Part shown: positions 38,401 to 64,000 of the stretch, in pieces
How positions within the stretch are numbered: the first letter of the stretch is position 1
How the letters are laid out: each line of letters opens with the position of its first letter
Source: Salpingoeca rosetta
Lineage: Eukaryota; Protista; Choanoflagellata
DNA: 64,000 nucleotides
Assembly (NCBI GenBank): GCA_033442325.1
Contig: JAWQFM010000008.1
Coordinates: 372,001-436,000 of the forward strand
Reading direction: 5' to 3'
Translations under genes and position numbers: made by a program
Notes under the pieces: model-generated
Seen by the model: the letters and a program-made list of their open reading frames with translations, nothing else
Database searches by the model: none
Told to the model about the DNA's origin: nothing

Positions 38401-39275
38401 GGGCGTTCAAGCTACAGTCCACGCCTTCACCCGCGACACCAGCTGCGAGATCGGTGACGCCAACCCAGCAACAGCAGCAGCAGCAGCAGCACGATGGCAG
38501 CAACGAGTCGTCTTCTGCTGTGCATGGCAGTGGCAGTGGCAGCGGCGCGGCGTCAAAGAGCATGTCGCAGCGGTCGTCCCGGTCATCACTCGTGCTGACC
38601 CTCTCTGACTCGCACGACGACGCAACGACAACGGATGCAGAGCACCAGCACCAGCAGCCGCGGCAACATCAGCAGCATCAGCAGCAGCGAAGGTCTTCAA
38701 GGCGGGCATCATCTCGACAGCAACAGGAGCAACCGCCACTGCAGGAGGGGGATGAAGACAGGATAGAGCAGCGGACAAGGAGCACGAGCAAGAAGAAGCA
38801 GAAGGACAAGCAGAAGGACAAGAAGAAGGACAAGCAGAAGGACAAGAAGAAGGACAAGAAGAAGGACAAGAAGAAGGAGAGGGAAGTCAGCGAAGAGCAG
38901 CAGGGAGCAAGGAGGAGAGAAAGGAGGGAGGAGGCGGCGTACGGGAAGCAAGTCGATGAAGCGGAGCACAGACTCGGACGACGGGAAGAAGGAGTGCGTC
39001 ATCTCTTGATGTCGTCATGTCACAACGCGTGCGTGTGGGTGGGGGGTGTCAAAAGGGAAGGACGGCTGGTCGCTGCAGTGGCGATGCGATGGGTCGCTCG
39101 CTTGCATGTTGTTGGTGGCGGTGGACAAGACGACGGCGATCCCATGTCGCGTGCATACGTTCTGCTTGTTTGTTTTGTTTGTTTGTTTGTTTACATTTCC
39201 TGGTGCTCTGGCACTGTGTGGCACTGTTTGGGCCAGTCCGAGGGCAGTGACGAAAATTGTCCATATTTTGCATAA
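33226..39275 (+). CDS. Large multi-exon protein of unknown function with possible N-terminal ubiquitin-like domain(s), a SAM-like helical segment and a Q/S/K-rich disordered tail
   Basis: Coding-like exons with GT-AG ends at 33226-33441, 33712-34103, ~35081-35220, ~35821-35957, ~36229-36346, ~36503-36640, ~37600-37780, ~37928-38023, ~38251-38993. Interrupted by a gap. Domain guesses are weak. Confidence 0.6.
34464..34563. other. Assembly gap (100 N)
   Basis: N run next to (GT)n. Confidence 0.99.
38790..38877 (+). repeat. Coding 12-bp repeat encoding (K-K/Q-K-D)n
   Basis: AAGAAGAAGGAC/AAGCAGAAGGAC tandem units. Confidence 0.85.
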
Positions 39276-39418
39276 ACGATCTTCATGAGCACATTTTTCT
39301 GCCTGCAAAGCGCGCACAGCAACATCAGTAACGAACGTGCAATGGTGCATTGACCGTGCTGAGGTGCTTTGATCGACAAGCCAGGAAGCACGGAAGAGCA
39401 AGCAAGTGAGGGGAAACG

Positions 39419-41570
39419 ATGGTGATGATGTCGCTGAAGCCCGTCGTGGGCTTGGTGGGTGCTGGCGTGCTTGCCAGCGAGCTCATCCACCAATACAGGT
39501 GCCGCAGCGCCCTGCGCTCTGCTCAAGGTTGGTTGGTGCACGTTCGTGTGAGTGCTCTGTTTGTGTGCATGCGTGTGTGCGTGTGTGTGCTCTGTTTGTG
39601 TGCGTGCTCTGTTTGTGTGCGTGCGTGTGTGTGCGTTCGTGTGTGCGTGCGTGTGCATGCGTTCGTGTGTGCGTGCGTGTGCGTGCATGCGTGCATGCGT
39701 GCGTGTGCATGTGTGTGTGTGTACGTATGCACGCTGCTTGCGGCTGTGTTTGCTGGAGCGCTTGTGCAGCGCTTGCCAAGTGCTTGCCCAGCGCATGCAT
39801 GCATGCACGTTGTTGGTGTCCGTGTTCCTTATGTCACCTTTGGCTGCAGTGCTGTCCTTGTTTACATGACGACTCTCTGCGTTCATGTGTGTATGTGTGT
39901 GTGTGTGTTCACCTGTCTTCCTTGTGCGGCTCATGTTGAGCGTTGCAGGGCGGTTTCTTCCGGCCAAGCCTGGCGAACGCGTGGTGGTCCTGGGTGCCGG
40001 CATAGCAGGCCTGACCGCCGCGCGAGAGCTGAGCGAAGCAGGCATGGACGTCATTGTCGTGGAGCGGCGCCACGGTGTGGCGATGGAGACCTCTGCTGCA
40101 AACGCAGGCACCCTCAACTTCACAGCCCGCACGATGGTGGCATCTCCAGAGAACGTCAAGTACGCGCTGCAGAAGATGTGGCACAGCTTTCTTGGTGAAA
40201 AGCCCGAGCTGCAAGAAGAGGCTGTGGAGCACGTCGCAACGCCGCCACAGCATCAGCACACACAGCAAGGGAGCCGCATCGATGCAGCCCCTGGTCACGC
40301 AGCAACAACAGCAGCGACTCAAACAACAGAAGCAGATGCGAATCACCAGCAACAGAAACACCCGCACAAGCAGCCGCAAAACCAGAAACAGAAGCAGCCG
40401 CAGGAACAGCAACAGGAACAACAGCATCACCACCACCGTCTTCACCACCACCACCACCACCACCATGGGGATGAAGGCATTGTGACAGAGCTGATTGAAG
40501 ACTTTCGGTACTTCTTCTTTGAGCGGCGGCTCCTGTTTACGCTGTCGTTCTGGAAGTGGGCTGCAAACTTTGTCTCGCTGGCGCTGACACACACAGAGCA
40601 GCGCAAAGCGTTTGTGGACGACCTTGTTGCCGAGAGCCTGGCTGCGCTACAGGACACGCGCCGCACCACCCGCATGCCCTTCGAGTATCGACGGGCGGGC
40701 TCACTGTACATCCACTCGGATGCAGACCTGTTCCACCAGCGGGCACGGGAGGGGCTGCTGGCTGGGCGCGGGGAGGTGGCCGTGACGGCGGCCAAGGCGC
40801 AGACGATGGAGCCCAGCCTGAGCAATCTCACGTTTGTGGGCGCCATGCACCGCCGCAACGATGCCGTGGGCGACTGCCAGCTGTTCTGCCGGCACATGAG
40901 CGAGTGGCTGACGGCGCGCGGCGTGGCCATCCGGTTTGGGCTGACGGCAACAGATGTGATGCTTGACGGCGACGGGCGTGCGTGCGCAGTGCAGCTGTAC
41001 AACACGCAGCACGGGTCGAGCGAGCAGCTGCAGTGCGACCACGTCGTCGTCTGCTGCGCGTGCGACAGCGCGACGCCGCTCGCCACCACGGGCCTGTCGT
41101 GGCTGCCCATCATGCCTGTGCGCGGGTACACGCTGACGGGACGGGCAAACCAGGACCCGCGCAAGTGCCCCACCAACTACCTGCTGTTTGAGGAGCCGAT
41201 TGAGATGGCGGTGACGCGGCTCGGCGACCGGATTCGCTTCTCGTCGTACGCGGAGATCACGACGGCGCTGGAGCCCAAGGAGGAGCGACTGAAGGATCTC
41301 CGGCGCATCGTGGACCGCCTGTTTCCAAACGCGTTTGACGAGGACGACCCCGATGCGCAGGAGTGGGTTGGCAGGCGCCCCATGACGTCAGATGCGCTGC
41401 CCATCGTCTCCCAAACGCACATTCCAAACGTGTTTCTGCACACGGGCCACGGCGCAGACGGCTGGCGGTGGTCGCACGCGACGGCGCGGGTGCTGCGGGC
41501 GATTATGCTTGACGAGCGCTCGCCACTTGACCCGCGCTTCCTCGCTCTCGACCGGTTCTGGTTCCTCTGA
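39419..41570 (+). CDS. FAD-dependent D-amino acid dehydrogenase (DadA-like, DAO superfamily)
   Basis: Exons 39419-39527 and 39949-41570. Motifs VVVLGAGIAG, ETSAANAG, GDCQLF, PVRGY, RLGDRIR, WVGRRPMTSD, HTGHGADGW. Confidence 0.88.
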
Positions 41571-41599
41571 TGCACTGCCCGTGTTGTGTGTGTATGTGG

Positions 41600-41643
<44 letters not shown>

Positions 41644-41867
41644 ATTCGGACATATGTGTGTGTGCATGCGCGCTTGTCACAGTTCTCCTGGATGTTATTT
41701 GAATTCCTTCTTCCAGAGCTCTGCTGCTCTCCGAACAGTTTCCCTAGTGCACAGTTCCACATACAGCCCTTCTCATTCATATGCGTGCGTGAATTGCAGA
41801 GACACATGTAATGACACAGCGAGTAAGTCACGCCTCACAGCAGAGACGGTTCACACATTCACCCACA

Positions 41868-41960
<93 letters not shown>

Positions 41961-42104
41961 CACATGCGCGGGGTCTCTCGCGATGGCACATGGCGGGTCA
42001 GCTAAGATTGTGTATTGTTAAAATGGACTGCCGCAATTGCAAGTGTGCAACGGGACAGGTACACGCCATCTACCGCGAGGGGCAGCAAACTGCACACACG
42101 CACG

Positions 42105-42161
<57 letters not shown>

Positions 42162-42188
42162 GCACACACACACACACACACACACGCA

Positions 42189-42278
<90 letters not shown>

Positions 42279-42791
42279 CACACGGAAACGTATGCCAGCG
42301 ACCGGCGCTGGACAGTAAGAATCAACACCACACGACCATCTGCGTGCGGGTTGCATTGCAAGCCACAAGCCACTGCCACTCATATGTTACGCGGACCAAG
42401 GGAGAAGGGGGAAAGGGTTACACAAACGCTAATGTCAACACACACAGACACACAAACAGTGGAAGAAGAACAGATACATAGCCACGGCAGCTGCAGCCAC
42501 AGCAGCGCTTGCGCACACACCAGCAAGCACAGGGGAAGGTGACAGGAACCATGAAAAAAAAAACACGGGGCACACACACACACACACACACACACCGCAC
42601 CCACCTCCAAACGCACAGTCACACGCACCCACAGGAGAAGAAGGAGGAGAGGCAAGAGACAACACGACGCTCGAGCGACGGTAACGGCAACGGCCAAGGT
42701 GGAGTAGTGTGACATGTAATGACAACAACATCACGCAAAAGAAGGTGCAGCCACATGTGCGGACGGGCCAGGTCGGCTAGTAAAGCTGGGT

Positions 42792-42844
42792 GCCAAGCCG
42801 CCTAGTTCGCTTAGTTTGACGTAAGCGAACATCAACGGCTTAGC
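42792..42844. repeat. Nested inverted repeat / stem-loop
   Basis: GTTCGCTTA (42805-42813) pairs perfectly with TAAGCGAAC (42822-42830). Outer GCCAAGCCG pairs with CGGCTTAGC (one G-U on the minus strand). Confidence 0.85.
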
Positions 42845-42860
42845 GGTGTCCATTAGGACA

Positions 42861-42927
42861 ATTACAGAAATTGAACCCCCGTCTTCCAACTCGTTTCCGA
42901 GCGCGCTAACGACTGCGCTATCGCACG
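42861..42927 (-). pseudogene. Degenerate tRNA-Arg(ACG)-like sequence, possibly a SINE head with Pol III A/B boxes
   Basis: Minus strand TAGCGCAGTCGTTAGCGCG (intact D arm / A box), ACG at canonical positions 34-36, GGTTCAATT (B box). Acceptor, anticodon and T stems are poor. Confidence 0.55.
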
Positions 42928-42980
42928 GGTTTTTGCTCCTGCTGGTGATTGACGCCCTCAATTCGTTTTTCAAACCGCAG

Positions 42981-44171
42981 TTACAGCGTTGTCTGCTTGG
43001 AAGGACTGCACACAGGCGGTTGTAGCGGCGCGCCAGCATCGCCCGGAGTCGTGCACACAGCGGCAGACACGCCGCGCCCACTCTCGTCCACGCCGCTGCC
43101 GTGTGGTTGCAGTGGTGGCGCCGACCGCGGGTGGTGGTGGTGGTGGTCCACGCTTGCAGGTGCGTGGCTCTCCTTCTGGTCGCTGTGATCGCCATGGCCA
43201 GCGTTCTCAAACGTGAAGACGGGGCGGCGAGGCGAGGAGACGGGGTCCGTGGCTATGCTCGCTGTACTGGCCGTCGCTGAGGACGCTGCCGTTGACGGCG
43301 GTGTGGCTGGTGTGGGTGGAGAAAACGGTGGCAGAGGCCCCAGCCCGTCTTCCACCGAGAGTGTGGCTGCGATGGCAAGGCGTGGTGCTACGCCTGTGCG
43401 GCGGGAGCTGTGTCGAGGGGACGACGTGAGGTTGGCGGGCGCTGTCGACGGCCGCCGCAACCCATAGGCGACGTCTGCTGCTTCGTCATCCACATCAGCA
43501 TCGACAGCATCGACAGCATCGACAGCATCGACAGCATCGACATCATGGTTGTCATTGTGATGGCCCGAGGGCGCACACAGCTCCGCGTGTTGGTTGACAG
43601 TGGTGGTGAGGAGCGTTGCAAACCCGCCGTACCCGCGTCGCCGCGTGGCTCGCCGGCGGCCGCCGCGCCTGGGCACGTCCCGACTCACGCCCCCGCCATT
43701 GAAGCGGTCGAGGTCGTGGTCATCCGACGCCGCTCCGGTGGTGGTGGTGGTGGTGGTGGTGGTGGTGGTGGTGGTGCCGAGATGGACATCGGCACTGGTG
43801 TGCCGTCGCAGCTTGAACGCGGCCTGCGGGCTGCTGTCGTGGCTTGCGCCCCTGCGTGTCCTGTTGTTGGAGGATGGCTGTTGCGTGGCTGGAGACTGCG
43901 CGCCGCCGACGGTGAGCATGTCGATCGCAGGCAGCGATGACCGGCTTCGTGCGTGGCCGTGTTGGCGTGGGTTTGGTGGCGGGGAGGAAGGGGATGAGGC
44001 GGACGTGAACAGGGCGGCAGGCTTTGGACCTTGTGCGTCATCTCCTGGGCTTGGCGCAGCTGGCGACGACTGGCGACGGACAGCAACCTCATGCCAGAAG
44101 GCTTCAAAGTTGCAGCGTCGCAGCGCATCGTCCAGCGTCGAGTCTGCTCTGGCAGCGACTCTGCGTGGCAT
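42981..44171 (-). CDS. Orphan, largely disordered S/T/P/R-rich protein (~396 aa, single exon or 3'-spliced)
   Basis: Long microsatellite-free GC-rich ORF preceded by a CAAA-rich 5'UTR-like tract. Contains poly-Thr and DAV repeats. No recognisable domain. Confidence 0.6.
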   Translation of the reverse strand: MPRRVAARADSTLDDALRRCNFEAFWHEVAVRRQSSPAAPSPGDDAQGPKPAALFTSASSPSSPPPNPRQHGHARSRSSLPAIDMLTVGGAQSPATQQPSSNNRTRRGASHDSSPQAAFKLRRHTSADVHLGTTTTTTTTTTTTTGAASDDHDLDRFNGGGVSRDVPRRGGRRRATRRRGYGGFATLLTTTVNQHAELCAPSGHHNDNHDVDAVDAVDAVDAVDADVDDEAADVAYGLRRPSTAPANLTSSPRHSSRRTGVAPRLAIAATLSVEDGLGPLPPFSPPTPATPPSTAASSATASTASIATDPVSSPRRPVFTFENAGHGDHSDQKESHAPASVDHHHHHPRSAPPLQPHGSGVDESGRGVSAAVCTTPGDAGAPLQPPVCSPSKQTTL

Positions 44172-45369
44172 GGCTGTGTTTGCTTGTTTGTTTGTGTTTG
44201 CTTGTTTGCACTGGTGCTGCTTGGTGTTGATGAAGCCGTGTCACGGTGTTTCGGTGGGGACGACAGAGGAGTGGTCACGCATGTGGCGCGAATGTAAACA
44301 CCGACAACTCGCTTGCTTGCTCGCTTGTCGCAGTGTTGCTGTCTGTGACGACAATAAATGAAATGAAGCACACAGCTGTGTGCGCAAAATGTTGACAAAG
44401 TTGGGGGGGGGGAGGGGAGAAGCGCAAGGGAGCTTCTTGTGTGCTGTGATGTGAGGAGGGAGAGGAAGCCTGGAAGCAGTAGAAGCCCGTCAGGTTGTGC
44501 GGCAAGTGGGTGCTGGGTTTGTGTGCGATGTATTGTGACAGGTCTTTGTGTGTTGGTGTGTTGGTTTGTTGTTGGTGCACCAAGATGGAAGAAGACACAC
44601 ACGAAAGCAGAACAAGGAAATGGATCGACAGCTTTGCTTGCTTGCTTGTTGTTCGCTGAGCACTTGCTGGCTTTGTAGCTGTGTGTGACTTGCTTCCCTC
44701 ACAAAAAGCCTTGCTGCGCGTTGCGTGGGAACGGTTTGCCCCGCGCAGCAACACCAAGGATTGCACACGAACGTAACATACCCAACCATTCGAAGTAGCG
44801 AAGTGGCGAAATAGTAGCGAAGTGTGATCCGCACGAGCACACGCAGAGCGCACGCACGCGTGCAAACACAGAACCAACAACAAGCCACACGAAAAGGAAG
44901 GAAGAGCAACGAAGGACGCAGAGAGACAGGTGGGTCAGCGCGAGCACCACCCACCCACGAGCCAAGCAACCACACTGAACGTCAACGCAGAAGGGGAGGA
45001 GCACTGCCCACCCTTTCCACACCACATATCATGAGTAAGGGCTGTGATTGGCTTCTTGTACTACTGCTTACGTGTCAGGTTCACAATGTACAACTATACA
45101 TGCACATGCTACGCTACCCCTTCACCCACCATCTGAGCGACTTTGGGAAAAGACACCCCGCACACTTTCACACGCACACATACACACACATCAGTCAACG
45201 ACGTGCCATCAATGTCACACACACACACACACACACATTCGTGTACTACACATTACTTTACGTTACGTTACGTTTTGTCACACTGGACCACGACACATGT
45301 AATGTGATGTGATGTGATGTGATGCATCTACGCTAACAACGCCACTCCGCCTCCCGTCTCCAATGACCA

Positions 45370-52100
<6,731 letters not shown>

Positions 52101-52434
52101 CTCTGCCGTTTTGGCAAGGACGAAGCTGTGGTGTGATGTTGTGCTGTGATGTATGTGTAGAGTAATAGCTGTGTGCTGTTGATGGTTTGTGGTGATGGTG
52201 ATGGGGGGTTTTGCTATGTATGCGTGTCTGTGCGCGCGCTTGTTTGCGGCTGAGCCAGCGGCTTGCCTTGCTGTTCGTTTGGTGTTGATTGATGATTTGA
52301 CAACACTGACAGCGCTGGCTGGAGGTGGAGGGGGCTGGGTGCTGCGTGGTTGTTGGAAGACAGCGGTTGAAAGCAAACCCAGCGAGCAGCAAGCGTGCGC
52401 GAGGCAGCAGGGTACGACAGCATAAAAAGTAGCA

Positions 52435-53878
52435 ATGGCAACTGCTGCTGCTGGTGTTGTTGTGCTTCTTGTTGTTTGTGCAGCGGTGGGGTGTGTTGGT
52501 GGAGATGGAGGACGAGTGGCCGGCAGCATCAGCAGCGGTGGTGGTGGCATCCAGCTTAACGTGTCCATCACAGGCACCGGAACACACAGGTGTGTGTGTG
52601 TGTATCTGTGTGTGTATGATTGTGGTTGTGGCAGGTTTGTTGTTTTGTGTGTGTGCGAGAGTGTGTAATGTGTGAGTACGTGTGTGTGTGCTTGGTGTGT
52701 GATCGTTGGCAAGCATGGACATGTACATGAACATGTGTTCACGACACGTTGCCACACTCACCATGACGTGCTTGCGCTCGTTGCTGTTTGGGTTAGGACT
52801 TTGGTCATTGATGCTACGGTGACAGGGATACTGGAACCCAGCAGCGATGACGCTGAGGATGTTGTCATTGCAAATGCATCATCGCTTCTGCTCTTTCAAC
52901 TATCGTCGGCGACATCGGCCACGTTCTTCGATGACGACGAGTTGCAGCGTGCGTGTGGACCAACCGCGTTCTTGCAGGTCAGCATGCTTCCGTTGGTGTG
53001 TTGAAGCGCTTTGTGATAAACACCATGACAACGTTTGTTCCTTTTTGTGTGTGCGTGTGCGTGTGTGTGCCGTGTGTGTAAAACGAGCCGAGTCACCGTC
53101 ATGTTTGTGGTGGGTGGGCGTTTGCTCGCGTGAGCTTTCTCTGCTGCACCACGTTCTCGCCTCAACCTCACCCAGTGTTTCTTTGGCGCAGGCACGAACG
53201 CTTGGACATGTGGACATTGAGGCGCCAGAATGGTTGTCGGAGCCGTGCGCTGCTTGGGTGGTGACCAGTGCAGGGCCCATGACAGCAACAGCGACAGATG
53301 CAACTGGTGCAGGCACACCCGCTGCACCACCACCAATGAGAACGGCAGCCGAATCAGCAGCCACAGCACCAGCACGTGTGCGAGCCGTCACAGTTCGCGT
53401 GCCGTTTCACACGCGCTACTGCCGACCACATCGCAGCGGGTACAGATTTTCAGCGGCGCCACAGGTGCGCGCGGCGTACCTGCTCCAACGACAGCACGAC
53501 ACGACGCCGACACGGCAGACGCGCGACACATCCACTGACATTCATTGGCTGGAACGTCTCGGCGAGTGCTTGCACGAGACCAAGTGCTCCACCTCCACGT
53601 GCATTGCCACGTCGTGCCTCCACCCCAACGGCCTGGCGCTGGTGTATGTGACTGAGACTGCAACGACTGCTGGCAGTGACCGTGGTAGGGACCAAGACGC
53701 CAGTGGCAGTGAAGGCGACAGCCAAGGCATCCGCATCCCAGTTGGTGTACCAGCACACGCCGACGCAGCAACCATGGCAACGCAGCTCGTTGTGTGGCTC
53801 GGGGTTGGCTTTGTCCTGTGGCATCAGTGGGGCGACCGCCTTGTCTCGTTCCACTCACGCCACGCCAAGGAGGACTGA
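52435..53878 (+). CDS. PIGX: GPI mannosyltransferase I subunit PIG-X/PBN1-like
   Basis: Exons 52435-52589, 52797-52977, 53192-53878. Signal peptide, GTHR|TL, FFDDDEL, VDIEAP, VPFHTRY..P, IPVG..H, and a C-terminal TM segment. Confidence 0.78.
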
Positions 53879-54224
53879 TGTGACGCCCCCCCCCACTATC
53901 TTCTGTGATCCCTGCACCTACGTTCCTTGCAACGTACACACGCGTTGTGCACACGCGCACTCTGATATCTATCCATGCTCTGCAAGTGCGCTCGCTCCTC
54001 GCCGCCTTTTGCTTGTCAACATCACCGCCATAGCTGCGGGTGGCGTGTTTTATGAATGATATAAATGAATTTTCCGCTGTTTTGCCCACCAAAACAAAAC
54101 ACCACCAGACTGCGGAGACGAGAAGGTGGTTTTGGTTGTTGGTCGTTCGTTGGTGGAGACAAAACAAAGGCAAGTAAGTGGGAGTGCGTGGAGAGCAACA
54201 ACAACAACAACAACAACTGCCACG

Positions 54225-64000
<9,776 letters not shown>

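Noticed and set aside
42861-42927. Functional tRNA-Arg gene
   Set aside because: Acceptor stem unpaired, U33 and G19 absent, anticodon and T stems weak
52101-52757. Upstream extension of the 965-aa minus ORF
   Set aside because: It overlaps PIG-X exon 1 on the other strand and the promoter; the signal peptide lies after Met 52100

Overview
Gene-dense, intron-rich eukaryotic genomic DNA. Most introns carry (CA)n/(GT)n microsatellites, and there are four 100-N scaffold gaps. The style and gene content (stand-alone SH2 protein, CH-CH/SH3 spectrin, ciliary genes) suggest a choanoflagellate such as Salpingoeca rosetta; this is an inference, not a verified ID. Most ORFs in the supplied track are microsatellite artefacts, so I rebuilt gene models by hand from GT-AG junctions. 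In order: 3' part of a BSU1/PPKL-like phosphatase (+); a Crinkler/RHS-type REase + kinase effector-like gene (-) alone between two gaps; a frameshifted, truncated Tectonic-like gene (+); LRRC56 (+); a small SH2 protein (-); intronless sideroflexin (+); glyoxalase II (-); SF3B1 (+); RPS20 (-); a large unknown ubiquitin-like/SAM-like protein (+); a bacterial-type DadA D-amino acid dehydrogenase (+); a degenerate tRNA-Arg(ACG)-like element with a hairpin; a disordered orphan ORF (-); a Kelch/Cys-rich/EGF receptor TKL kinase (-); PIG-X (+); and the 5' part of a beta-heavy-type spectrin (+). Best leads: the nuclease-kinase effector, the plant/alveolate-type phosphatase, the Kelch receptor kinase, the DadA-like HGT candidate and the tRNA-derived element.
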